DNA from: an uncultured virus (IMG/VR IMGVR_UViG_3300020049_001346)
Taxonomy: Duplodnaviria > Heunggongvirae > Uroviricota > Caudoviricetes
DNA: 64,000 nucleotides
Virus record (IMG/VR): IMGVR_UViG_3300020049_001346
Strand: one strand, 5' to 3'
The position numbers were made by a program, and so were the translations under genes. Each line of letters begins with the position of its first letter. The stretch's first letter is position 1. The notes beneath the pieces were generated by a model that saw nothing but the letters and a program-made list of their open reading frames with translations, ran no database searches and had not been told where the DNA came from. Shown here one piece after another: positions 50,540 to 60,505 of this stretch.

Positions 50540-50611
50540 AGTCAGGTGGCAGTAATTGGTAACTGCGAAGCATTATGCATAGAAATACAGGTTCGAATCC
50601 TGTCCTGACTA
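50540..50611 (+). tRNA. tRNA-like RNA with degenerate anticodon arm
   Basis: Acceptor AGTCAGG/CCTGACT, D arm GCAG-TAATTGGTAA-CTGC, T arm ACAGG-TTCGAAT-CCTGT; no canonical anticodon stem-loop. Confidence 0.65.
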
Positions 50612-50632
50612 CTAACTTTAAATTAAAACAAG

Positions 50633-51922
50633 ATGAAAGCAGTAGAATGGTTAGAAGAACAATATTACGATTCAGAAGGCAAATTAACAAGACAAGATTT
50701 TGAACAAGCCAAAGAAATGGAGAAGCAACAACAAGGATATACTGAATATGAAGTATTAGATATACTAAAACAGTACGCACTTGAAGAACATTTAATAACA
50801 TCATCTAAACCTGATGTATGGTTTAAACAATTTAAAAAATGATAACAATAGAAGAACTTAAAAAAGAAATAGCAAACAACTTGCTAGAATCTGAACTAAA
50901 AGATGACAGAGGTAAAAAATCTTTAGGTAAAAAGAATAAGGAACTGAGAGAGATTATAATGTATCTAGAGACAAATCCAAGTGAATTATTTATAAAGTCT
51001 GAGATACATAAAATTGATCGTATAATAAAATCTAAGTCTGACGGGTATGAGTATTGGACTAAAAACATATGTGACAAAAGCGTAGACGTAAGTAAAAGGA
51101 GGTCTTTGTTTAATTCACAGTTAGGCATAACTTCACTTAAAAGACAATTAAAAAAATTAAAATACATACTAAAAAAATGAAAGAAGAAGCACAAAGAATT
51201 TTAGATTTATTCAACGGGGACTACGTCCTAGGATTGAGATGTATTAACGAGTTGATACGTGAGACGGGAGCAAAGTATTGGTACGACGTAAGACGAGAGT
51301 ATGAACAAGCGTAAGAAGGTAAAGGCGCAGTTGATGTACTGTCTGTGCAGTCTACTGCTAGAGTGTCTAGACGAGTTGAAGTCAACCACACAAAGGATGC
51401 TGAAGTTCAGGGACGACCTGATAGGCTTCTGCGAGGAGTTGAACAACGAGGTGGCCGACACCAACGTGATACAGAGGGGTACGTACTTCCAAGAGTTAAG
51501 TAAGAAAATTGACACACTAATAAGAAAGAACTATGAAGAATGAAATTTGGAGGGACGCGACATGGTTCCACAAGTCGACAAGGCTTGACACACCGTACTC
51601 GAAGTCAAGAATATTCAAGGGTATAAAGATCGAGAACACGGACGGGGAGATAAAGATCCTGAACACAAAGTTAAACGGGGACTTCTACCAGGAGGTATCG
51701 AAGGAGGAGTACAGGATGTTCTATAGGCTAGGGTTCGAGCAGGGGTGCTACGAGATGTGCCTAGCGAACTATAGGATGTCGCTGAATACAATCATCCGTA
51801 GCATACGAGATGAGATAGGGAACCGAAACAATCAGAAGCACTACCAGTATCTGAAGACGATGAGAGTGAACCTAATGGAGAAGTACACTAATGTTTTAAA
51901 AATCAAGTACGAAAATGTTTAA
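50633..51922 (+). CDS. Five hypothetical ORFs (50633-50842, 50839-51180, 51177-51314, 51301-51543, 51533-51922)
   Basis: Coupled overlaps; first two are AT-rich. Confidence 0.6.
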
Positions 51923-51931
51923 TTTTTTTTG

Positions 51932-52037
51932 TATCTTTGCAATGTAATGAAGTGAGACACATTGCGCCCGAAAATATTTAATAATCCTGTCAAGGAGGCA
52001 TGTCTCACATTACTGCCAAATTGATGGGGTTTTTTTT
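51932..52037 (+). promoter_or_regulatory. Promoter plus structured leader/attenuator upstream of HNH gene
   Basis: TATCTTTG box, two hairpins with complementary loops, terminal T run. Confidence 0.55.
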
Positions 52038-52042
52038 GTGAT

Positions 52043-52663
52043 ATGAAGAAGTGTACAAAGTGTAATGTTGAGAGGGAATTAATTGAGTTTAGTAAAGATA
52101 GAACTAGAATAGATGGATTATTTCCTCAATGTAAAAAGTGTAAAAAAATTGATGATGATAAATCTTATTTAAATAATAAAAATAAAATAATTGCTAAATC
52201 TAAAAAATGGAATGAAGAAAATAAAGAAAGAAGAAAGGAATATAGAAGGCAATACAATATAAAAAATAAAGAAGTAGAAAATCAAAAATGTAGAGAATGG
52301 AATAAGTTAAATAGACATAAAGCAAATGAATATTTAAAAAACAGAATATTAAATGACCCTTTATTTAAACTTAGTAGTAGTATACGATCTTTAATAAGGA
52401 CTTCAATGAAAGGTAATGGATACTCAAAAAAAACTAAGACTTACAATATACTAGGATGTACATTTGAAGAATTTAAAAGTCATCTAGAAAGTCAATTTAC
52501 CGAAGGAATGACTTGGGAGAATAAAGGTCAATGGCATATGGATCATATATACCCAGTATCATTAGCAATAGACGAGGATCATATGATAAAGTTGAATCAT
52601 TACACAAACTTCCAACCATTGTGGGCAAAAGATAATATAAGTAAATCAAATAAATTAAATTAA
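52043..52663 (+). CDS. HNH homing-type endonuclease with N-terminal Zn finger
   Basis: CTKC..CKKC; WHMDHIYP..HYTNFQPLWAKDNISK; AT-rich. Confidence 0.85.
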   Translation: MKKCTKCNVERELIEFSKDRTRIDGLFPQCKKCKKIDDDKSYLNNKNKIIAKSKKWNEENKERRKEYRRQYNIKNKEVENQKCREWNKLNRHKANEYLKNRILNDPLFKLSSSIRSLIRTSMKGNGYSKKTKTYNILGCTFEEFKSHLESQFTEGMTWENKGQWHMDHIYPVSLAIDEDHMIKLNHYTNFQPLWAKDNISKSNKLN

Positions 52664-52667
52664 ACAA

Positions 52668-53240
52668 ATGGAGAAAATTTTTAAAACATTATCAGAGATT
52701 GACATAAAGTCAAAAGTAGAGAAGAAGGGTAGTCAGAACTACCTCAGTTGGGCTAACGCGTGGGGGTTTGCAAAGCAAATGTATCCATCAATACAACGTA
52801 TAGTGTACGAGGATCCGTTGACGGGACTTAACTACCTAAACGATGGTAAGACGGGCTATGTGAAGGTTGGAATTGTAATCGAGGGACTAGAGCACATCGA
52901 CTACCTACCAATCATGAGCCACAACAACAAGTCAATTGGAATAGATAACATAACATCATTCGAGGTGTCAAAGACTATCCAAAGGAGCACTGTAAAGGCG
53001 TTGGCGCTTCACGGACTAGGCCTTCAGATGTGGAGTGGTGAAGACCTAGTGACAACTACAAAGGTAGAGAAGCCTTCAGGCCCTCTAGAGTTGACCATAG
53101 GTGACGCGAATTGGGACAAGGTCATCAAGTACATCAAGGACAACAAGCACCTTGGATTGGCCACGATAGTCAAGAACCTTGAGACGAAGTATAAAATTTC
53201 AACCGTAATCAAAAAAGAACTTGGGAAATATGTTGGATAG
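52668..53240 (+). CDS. Single-strand annealing protein (Sak3/DUF1071-like)
   Basis: VEKKG..YLSWANAW..LPIM..N..IQRSTVKALALHGLGL. Confidence 0.8.
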   Translation: MEKIFKTLSEIDIKSKVEKKGSQNYLSWANAWGFAKQMYPSIQRIVYEDPLTGLNYLNDGKTGYVKVGIVIEGLEHIDYLPIMSHNNKSIGIDNITSFEVSKTIQRSTVKALALHGLGLQMWSGEDLVTTTKVEKPSGPLELTIGDANWDKVIKYIKDNKHLGLATIVKNLETKYKISTVIKKELGKYVG

Positions 53241-53943
53241 ACTAAGAAATGACAAAGACTACTACGGGGACTACGGATCGCAGTTCCTAAGTAATAGCGC
53301 GGTGGGTGTACTATTAAGTAACCCTAAGATGTTTAAGGTAAAGCAGGAGCCGACGGTTCCTATGCTACAAGGTAGCTACTTCCACACGGCCATATTGGAG
53401 CCTGAGAAGTTGGCCAACTTTGAGATAGTGGAGGCGAGCACGCGTAACACAAACATATACAAGGACGCGTCAAAGGGCAACCTGCTCCTGCTAAGGAATG
53501 AGTGTGACAACCTTGACGAGATGGTTCGCGTGATCAAGTCGAACTTCTTCTTTTACGAGAACATCTACAAGGACGGAAACGTGTACGAGGAGCCCGCCAT
53601 CATGGAGTTGTTCGGCCACAAGTTCAAGGGCAAGGCAGACATTGTGACAGACGAGATTATTATCGACATCAAGACCACGTCAAAGATCTCTGACTTCAGG
53701 TGGTCTGCAAAGAAGTACAACTACGACTCGCAGTCATATTTGTATCAGCAATTTTTTGATAAACCCTTGATTTTCTACGTAATAGATAAGGGTACTCACG
53801 AGTTGGGTGTGTTCGAGCCTAGTGCAGAGTTCCTACTAGGAGGTAGAGAGAAGGTGTTGCGTGCGGTTGAGGTCTACGAAAAGTTCTTTGGAGACAGTCC
53901 TAAGGAGGACATAAATAATTTCTTCATAAGGGAAGATTTGTAA
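53230..53943 (+). CDS. PD-(D/E)XK exonuclease (RecE/exonuclease VIII-like)
   Basis: LSNS, GSYFHTAILEP, KGKAD..IIDIKTT and Y.YDSQ..Y motifs; adjacent to SSAP. Confidence 0.8.
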   Translation: MLDRLRNDKDYYGDYGSQFLSNSAVGVLLSNPKMFKVKQEPTVPMLQGSYFHTAILEPEKLANFEIVEASTRNTNIYKDASKGNLLLLRNECDNLDEMVRVIKSNFFFYENIYKDGNVYEEPAIMELFGHKFKGKADIVTDEIIIDIKTTSKISDFRWSAKKYNYDSQSYLYQQFFDKPLIFYVIDKGTHELGVFEPSAEFLLGGREKVLRAVEVYEKFFGDSPKEDINNFFIREDL

Positions 53944-53990
53944 CAAATTTGTTGTATATTTGTTGCGGATTATGGTGTCCATGGTCGGTT

Positions 53991-54062
53991 TGTTGTATAG
54001 TTTAGCGGTAGAATAGGCCTTGTTTAATAGGCTAGACGAGGGTTCGAGTCCCTCTGCAACAT
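53991..54062 (+). tRNA. tRNA-like gene with 8-nt anticodon loop (TGTTTAAT)
   Basis: Acceptor TGTTGTA/TGCAACA, D arm GTTT-AGCGGTA-GAAT, anticodon stem GGCCT/AGGCT, T arm GAGGG-TTCGAGT-CCCTC; -7 box TATATTTG at 53955-53962. Confidence 0.7.
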
Positions 54063-54117
54063 CAAACTGAATAGCCGACGGCAGTACAACTAGGTAGGCA
54101 AAATTAAATTTAATAAA

Positions 54118-54447
54118 ATGGCGAAAATTCAAGTGACGTTAGACGCGTCAAAGTTAAGAAACCTGATCTCTACAAGAAGCTACGAGAGCAAGGACGGTAC
54201 AAATGTTAATGTACAAGAGGTTAAGTTCGAGTTGGTTGAGGTTAAGGAGCCTAAGCAGATCTTTGCTAAGGACACAATGAGAATTGTTAAGACGCACTTC
54301 GCGTGTGTGATCCAGACCAAGGAGGAGAGAGAGGCAAAGGCCGACACAGTCTACATCGGAGAGGGTTTCACATCCTATTGGGATGACGCTAAGAAGCCAC
54401 AGGTAGTGCCTGAAGCTACCGTTGTTCCTGATGGACTACCATTCTAA
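54118..54447 (+). CDS. Putative single-stranded DNA-binding protein
   Basis: QTKEERE..VYIGEG and C-terminal DGLPF tail; located in the recombination module. Confidence 0.65.
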   Translation: MAKIQVTLDASKLRNLISTRSYESKDGTNVNVQEVKFELVEVKEPKQIFAKDTMRIVKTHFACVIQTKEEREAKADTVYIGEGFTSYWDDAKKPQVVPEATVVPDGLPF

Positions 54448-54509
54448 AACGGTAGTTTTATTACCATTTTAATTCACTACCTTTGTTATTATTAATTAAA
54501 TATAAATAT

Positions 54510-55046
54510 ATGAATGAGATTTTAACAAAGGTTTGTTTTAAATGTAATTTAGAAAAAAGTGTTTATGATTTTTATAAGCACAAACAAATGGGTGATGGAT
54601 ACTTAGGTAAGTGTAAAGAATGTACAAAAAAAGATTCTAAAAAACAATTACAATTAAATATTTCTACTCCAGAGGGTCTTGAAAAAGAAAGAAAAAGACA
54701 TAGAGAAAAGTATTTTAGATTAGATTATAGAGAAAAGCATAAGCCTAGTACTGAAAAAAAGAGATCTATAATGAATAGATATAATCTAAAGTATCCAGGA
54801 AAAAAAATATGTAAATATCTTTCAAGAAATTTAAAACCAACAACAAAAGGAAACGAACTTCATCATTGGAATTATAATAGAGAATTTGCAAAAGATACAA
54901 TAGAACTTAGTATTAAAGATCATAATAAAATACATAGGTTTTTAAAGTATGATTCAAATTTATTTATATATATTGATGTTAATGGAAACTTATTAGATAC
55001 TAAGGATAAGCATTTGTCTTTTATTCTTAAATTAATAGATTTATAA
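54510..55046 (+). CDS. HNH-like endonuclease with Zn finger
   Basis: CFKC..CKEC; ELHHWNY..HNKIH; AT-rich; -7 box TACCTTTG at 54478-54485. Confidence 0.7.
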   Translation: MNEILTKVCFKCNLEKSVYDFYKHKQMGDGYLGKCKECTKKDSKKQLQLNISTPEGLEKERKRHREKYFRLDYREKHKPSTEKKRSIMNRYNLKYPGKKICKYLSRNLKPTTKGNELHHWNYNREFAKDTIELSIKDHNKIHRFLKYDSNLFIYIDVNGNLLDTKDKHLSFILKLIDL

Positions 55047-55199
55047 CTTCGGCACTAAACACTAATAAGTGCCAATAATTAGTTCAGTCTACACAGGCTG
55101 GACTTTACTTTGTGTGGTAGGATAGACCCCAATTTATGGGGTCTATTGTTCAGTAAAAGGTAACGTTCATTAACAATGAACATCGATAAAAAATGAACT

Positions 55200-57596
55200 A
55201 TGATAACAATATTTTCAAACATAAAGAGCACAGACACACCGTTCTTCAGGGGTATAGGTGTGGTTCTACAGAGGATCAAGGACGGATCCTCAAGGGACAA
55301 GGTCGAGGCGATCCGCACCGAGTCAGACAAGGAGAGGAGGAACCTACTCAAGAGGGATCTGCCTTCGGTGTGCTTCTCGGGTACCTTCAACAAGCGTGAA
55401 GACAAGGCCATCGTAGACCACAGTGGTTTTATATGCCTTGACTTCGACGGTTACGAGACAGAGGATGACCTACTAGCAGACAAAGTAAGGCTATCAGAGG
55501 ATGCTCACAGTTACTCAGTGTTCGTGTCTCCATCAGGTAACGGACTAAAGGTAATCGTGAAGATACCTAAGGACATAGACAACCACAAGAACTACTTCAA
55601 CTCACTAGAGAAGCACTTCGACTCCAAGTACTTCGACACCACGTCCAAGAACATATCTAGGGTTTGCTACGAGTCGTACGACCCAGAGATATACATAAAC
55701 GTGGACTCTAGGTTATGGGACAAGTTGGAGGAGGTGGAGTACGTTGAGTTAGACAGGTCTAGCAGTGTAACAACCATACCTATAACAAACGACAACAAGG
55801 TTGTAGAGATACTGATGAGGTGGTGGTCAAAGAACTACCCGATGGTTGACGGCAAGAGAAACAACAACATGTTTATATTGGCCTCAGCCTTAAACGATTA
55901 CGGCGTGAACAAGTCACTGTCTGAGTACGTGATGAGTCAGTTCGTCAGTCAGAAGCACCCGATGTCTGAGATACAGACCATCATAAACTCTGCGTATAAG
56001 AACACGGGATCGTTCGGATCCAAGTACTTCGAGGACGACGACATGATCAATCAGGTTCGTCAGAAGATCAAGAGGGGAGTGTCCAAGAAGGAGATCAAGT
56101 CAGACCTGTCGGAGACCAACCTACCTAGCTTCACGATAGACTCTGTGATAGACTCTATAGACAAGGACGAGTCGGTCAACAAGTTCTGGAGCAAGTCGGA
56201 CAAGGGATCCATAAGCATCGTGCACTACATGTTCAGAGACTTCTTGGAGGACAACGGGTTTTACAAGTACATGCCCGTTGGAAACAAGAGTTTTATATTC
56301 GTGCGTGTTACGAATAACCTGATAGACCACACGTCAGAGGACGAGATCAAGGACTTCGTTCTCAACTACCTACAGAATGTGGACGACCTGTCTGTGTACA
56401 ACTTCTTCGCTGACAAGACTAGGTTCTTCAAGGAGGACTTCCTGTCGCTACTGTCATCGGTTGACGTGCACTTCATGGAGGACGACAAGAACAACGCGTA
56501 CCTTTACTACACGAACTGTGCGGTAAACATCACCAAGAACACCATAAGTATTATAGATTACCTAGATCTGGGTGGGTACATATGGAAGGATCAGGTGATA
56601 GACAGGGAGTTCGACCTGTGCGAGGTAGAGGACTGCGACTTCAAGACATTCATTTCAAACATATCGGACGATGATACAGTTAGGATTAACTCGGTTGAGA
56701 GTACTATTGGGTTCCTTCTGCACGGATATAAGAATCTATCTTACTGTCCTGCGGTCATTCTAAATGACGAGGTCATAACGGACAACCCAGAGGGAGGAAC
56801 AGGAAAGGGACTGTTCACCAACGCGATATCGCAGATGAAGAAGCTAGCATTCATAGATGGAAAGAGTATCAACTTTGACAGTGGTTTCCCGTTTCAGACG
56901 GTATCGGTTGATACTCAGGTGCTAGCGTTTGATGATGTTAAGAAGCACTTCAACTTCGAGAGGCTGTTCTCGATCATCACAGAGGGTATCACCCTAGAGA
57001 GGAAGAACCAACAGGCCATGCACATACCATTCAACAAGTCACCTAAGATCATCATCACGACCAACTACGCCATCAAGGGTAAGGGTAACTCGTTCGAGAG
57101 ACGTAAGTGGGAGTTGGAGTTCAAGCAGTTCTACACCAAGGAGTTCACTCCACAGGTTGAGTTCGGCAGGCTACTGTTCACGGAATGGGACGAGCACGAG
57201 TGGTGCAGGTTCGACAACTACATGATCAAGAGCCTTCAGAGGTATCTCACATCAGGCCTACTCAAGAGCGAGTTCGTCAACCTTAAGATCCGTAAGCTAT
57301 CTGCAGACACATGCCACGAGTTTATCGACTGGTGTGGCCTAATCAACGGTGAGGCACACAGCGACAAGCTGGTACTGGGTGAGGTGATATACAAGCAGGA
57401 TCTGTACATAGACTTCATTCAGGACAACCCAGACTTCCAACCAAAGGCCAAGAGGACTATATCCAGGACAGAGTTCTATAACTGGCTGATCTCCTACGGG
57501 ATATACATATCAGGTGTCAAGCCTATAGAGGGTAGGAGCAGTACAGGAATGTGGATTAAATTCGTTGGCAAGGATGAAGACAGCATATTATTTTAA
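55200..57596 (+). CDS. Primase-helicase (BT4734/VirE-N-like primase, PriCT, SF3-like helicase)
   Basis: LPSVCFSG, CLDFD, SPSGNGLKV and D..KNISRVCYES; GKRNNNMF; Walker A GGTGKG and Walker B AFDD. Confidence 0.85.
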   Translation: MITIFSNIKSTDTPFFRGIGVVLQRIKDGSSRDKVEAIRTESDKERRNLLKRDLPSVCFSGTFNKREDKAIVDHSGFICLDFDGYETEDDLLADKVRLSEDAHSYSVFVSPSGNGLKVIVKIPKDIDNHKNYFNSLEKHFDSKYFDTTSKNISRVCYESYDPEIYINVDSRLWDKLEEVEYVELDRSSSVTTIPITNDNKVVEILMRWWSKNYPMVDGKRNNNMFILASALNDYGVNKSLSEYVMSQFVSQKHPMSEIQTIINSAYKNTGSFGSKYFEDDDMINQVRQKIKRGVSKKEIKSDLSETNLPSFTIDSVIDSIDKDESVNKFWSKSDKGSISIVHYMFRDFLEDNGFYKYMPVGNKSFIFVRVTNNLIDHTSEDEIKDFVLNYLQNVDDLSVYNFFADKTRFFKEDFLSLLSSVDVHFMEDDKNNAYLYYTNCAVNITKNTISIIDYLDLGGYIWKDQVIDREFDLCEVEDCDFKTFISNISDDDTVRINSVESTIGFLLHGYKNLSYCPAVILNDEVITDNPEGGTGKGLFTNAISQMKKLAFIDGKSINFDSGFPFQTVSVDTQVLAFDDVKKHFNFERLFSIITEGITLERKNQQAMHIPFNKSPKIIITTNYAIKGKGNSFERRKWELEFKQFYTKEFTPQVEFGRLLFTEWDEHEWCRFDNYMIKSLQRYLTSGLLKSEFVNLKIRKLSADTCHEFIDWCGLINGEAHSDKLVLGEVIYKQDLYIDFIQDNPDFQPKAKRTISRTEFYNWLISYGIYISGVKPIEGRSSTGMWIKFVGKDEDSILF

Positions 57597-57858
57597 GTGG
57601 TGCATAGAGAATGACTTTCAGGTTTACATCAAGCCTGAGAGTTATTACTATAAGATAGCGATCCGTAAGGGTGGCATCACATCAAACGGCAAGGACTTCT
57701 ACTACGACAGAGATACTGGGATGGAGTACTACAGTAACGAGAGGACAGGCTCGGTTAGATACAAGAGTGTTGACATGGCGTCAGCAAAGTTACACGATGT
57801 TTATAAGTACCTATATGAAGAAAACACTAAGGGATTACCAGTCAGACCTAGCAGGTAA
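57565..57858 (+). CDS. Hypothetical protein
   Basis: ORF between primase and helicase; start uncertain. Confidence 0.55.
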   Translation: MARMKTAYYFKWCIENDFQVYIKPESYYYKIAIRKGGITSNGKDFYYDRDTGMEYYSNERTGSVRYKSVDMASAKLHDVYKYLYEENTKGLPVRPSR

Positions 57859-59041
57859 GGGGGTCAAGATACTAAGGGACAAGGGTCTAGTATACCTGTG
57901 CATGAGCGTAAGGACGGGCAAGACCGCCACGTCAATGCAGATAGCCAAGTTGTACGGAGCAGACAAGGTTCTGTTCCTGACAAAGAAGAAGGCCATGGGC
58001 GACATACTAAGTGACTACCTAGACTTCGGGTTCAACTTCTCGATAGAGATCATGAACGACGAGTCTATGCACAAGTGCCTTGGTCAGTACGACCTTGTTA
58101 TACACGACGAGCACCACAGGTTCGGAGCCATACCTAAACCTGGAAAGGCCACCAAGACATTCAAGAGGATGTTCGGCCACCTGCCGATGGTGTTCCTGTC
58201 GGGTACCCCGAGCCCAGAGAACTACAGCCAGCTGTTCCATCAGTACTGGGTATCGCACAGTAGCCCATTCAAGAGCTACGTGAACTTCTACAAGTGGGCA
58301 AAGGACTACGTGATACCTGGCACCAAGTACACGAGCTACGGGCCTGCACCAGACTACTCCAACGCCAAGATCGACCTAGTCATGAGTGTGATAGAGACGT
58401 ACGTTCTAACGTACACGCAGGAGCAGGCAGGCTTTGTATCTGAGATTGAGGAGGAGGTTCTGACAGTTGACATGAAGCCGTCCACGTACAACCTAGCGAG
58501 CAGGCTCAAGAGAGACCTAGTGGTACAGGGTAAGGAGGAGGTCATACTGGCAGACACGGGGGTTAAGTTGATGCAGAAGCTACACCAGATCTACTCAGGC
58601 ACGATCAAGTTCGAGTCTGGTAGCAGGATGGTGATAGATGATAGCAAGGCTCTCCATATAATGGAGAAGTTCAAACATACCAAGATCGGAATATTTTATA
58701 AGTTTGTTGCTGAGTTGGATGCACTACGTCAAGTATACGGTGCAGAAAACTTGACAACTGACTTAGAGGAGTTCAACACCACAGACAAGTCCATAGCGCT
58801 ACAGATCGTATCTGGTAGGGAGGGGATAAGTTTGAGGAATGCTGAGTTCATAGTGTTCTACAACATAGACTTCTCGGCCACGAGTTACTGGCAGGCGAGG
58901 GATCGTATGACCACAATGGAGCGTAAGTTCAACAAGGTGTACTGGGTGTTCTCTAAGGGAGGAATAGAGCAGGACATATACAAGCAGGTACTTAAGAAAA
59001 AGAATTTCACATTATCACACTTTAAAATATGTACAGAGTAA
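57815..59041 (+). CDS. Superfamily 2 helicase
   Basis: LRDYQ Q-motif, RTGKT, DEHH, SGTP, SGREGISL and QARDR. Confidence 0.85.
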   Translation: MKKTLRDYQSDLAGKGVKILRDKGLVYLCMSVRTGKTATSMQIAKLYGADKVLFLTKKKAMGDILSDYLDFGFNFSIEIMNDESMHKCLGQYDLVIHDEHHRFGAIPKPGKATKTFKRMFGHLPMVFLSGTPSPENYSQLFHQYWVSHSSPFKSYVNFYKWAKDYVIPGTKYTSYGPAPDYSNAKIDLVMSVIETYVLTYTQEQAGFVSEIEEEVLTVDMKPSTYNLASRLKRDLVVQGKEEVILADTGVKLMQKLHQIYSGTIKFESGSRMVIDDSKALHIMEKFKHTKIGIFYKFVAELDALRQVYGAENLTTDLEEFNTTDKSIALQIVSGREGISLRNAEFIVFYNIDFSATSYWQARDRMTTMERKFNKVYWVFSKGGIEQDIYKQVLKKKNFTLSHFKICTE

Positions 59042-59599
59042 AAGAAGTTAACGGAAAGTTTGTGCCTCAGGTAGGCAATTGGTTTAAGGGATACAGACCA
59101 ATAGATAGAAAGAGTTCATATCTTTGGACAGATAATTATGAAGTATACTGCGAGTTAGATACACTACAAGAAGCCTTAGATAGAATTGAAAAGTATAAAA
59201 TTAAATACCACAAAGTAAAATGACATTAAAAGATAAATTTCAACAATGGTTCATCAATGATGAAGAAGATGAACATTATGAAGGAATGGTAGAACTCGTA
59301 TCTATCGAACATGAAAAAATAGCAGATGAATTTGCTATTGGATTTGGAGAATTTATGCTTACAAAAGTATTTGTAAAAAAATCAGTAACAGAATTATTAG
59401 AAATTTATAAAAAAGAAAAAGGATTATGACACCAAAAGAAAAAGCACAAGAGTTAATTGATAAATATGATTCAATTTTAACTTATAAATCCAAACAATGT
59501 GCATTAGTAGCAGTTGATGAAGTTAGAAATAATTTACCATTAATATCAGATATACAACAATATTGGATTGAAGTTAAACGAGAAATAGAGAAATTATGA
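59029..59599 (+). CDS. Three small AT-rich ORFs (59029-59223, 59220-59429, 59426-59599)
   Basis: Coupled by ATGA overlaps. Confidence 0.6.
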
Positions 59600-59699
59600 A
59601 ACAAAAAATAATAAATAAAATGAATGAGGGACAGGAAGAAGATGTACCCTTGTACACGTGGGAGACAATACCTAACAACTTAAAACAATTTTGGAAGCA

Positions 59700-59969
59700 A
59701 TGGCTAGTAGATTTCAAACAAAGACAATAGCAAGGTTCAAGTCCGATGGATGGATCGTGCTGAACACAATCAAGCTGAGCGATAGCGGTTACCCAGACCT
59801 GATCTGTCTCAAGGACGGTAAGACTGTATTCATAGAGTGCAAGGAGGATGGTGACACACTGAAGCCACTACAGGAGTACAGAATAGATGAACTAATATCC
59901 CAAGGCTTCGAGGCTTACTGCCTGCACGCAACCAAGGGACAAATATATCCACCATGTACACAACAGTAG
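59700..59969 (+). CDS. VRR-NUC domain nuclease
   Basis: GYPDL..FIECK..LKPLQ..L..GF. Confidence 0.85.
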   Translation: MASRFQTKTIARFKSDGWIVLNTIKLSDSGYPDLICLKDGKTVFIECKEDGDTLKPLQEYRIDELISQGFEAYCLHATKGQIYPPCTQQ

Positions 59970-60310
59970 AGGCATGCAAGGAGATAAACATGAAGACAGA
60001 CGCGTTCAGAAAGAGGGCTAAATTAATTGGCCTTGTTGCTATGAGAGAGTCAGGCGTGTTCATGTGGAACGACAAGCAGATAGATGCCATACAGAAGTAC
60101 AAGAGGACGATGTCCACGAACTACTTCAGGTACTCTAAGAAGAAGATAAGCATCGTAGACTTCTACCTGACGCACAGGTACAACACACAGTCAGAGATCG
60201 CCAGTGCCATGGACATAAGCGTGACAAACGTAAATACAGCACTCAACGAGTACCTAGAGACAGGGTGTGTGGTAGTGGCATCGAGGATGAATGTTGATAA
60301 CTTTTTTTAA
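59954..60310 (+). CDS. HTH DNA-binding protein
   Basis: TQSEIASAMDISVTNVNTAL. Confidence 0.6.
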   Translation: MYTTVEACKEINMKTDAFRKRAKLIGLVAMRESGVFMWNDKQIDAIQKYKRTMSTNYFRYSKKKISIVDFYLTHRYNTQSEIASAMDISVTNVNTALNEYLETGCVVVASRMNVDNFF

Positions 60311-60505
60311 TAGTAAGTACGTTAATTTATACATTTGATAAAAAAACAATATGGAATATGTGAATAAGACAATGTTATCTATTAATAATCTGACGGATGA
60401 CATATACGAGGGCTTAGCGGACAAGGACTACGTTGCGCTAAACAAGACAATAGCTGAGCTAGTTGCACTGCTAAAGGAGATCCAGACCTCAATGAAGACC
60501 GAACT

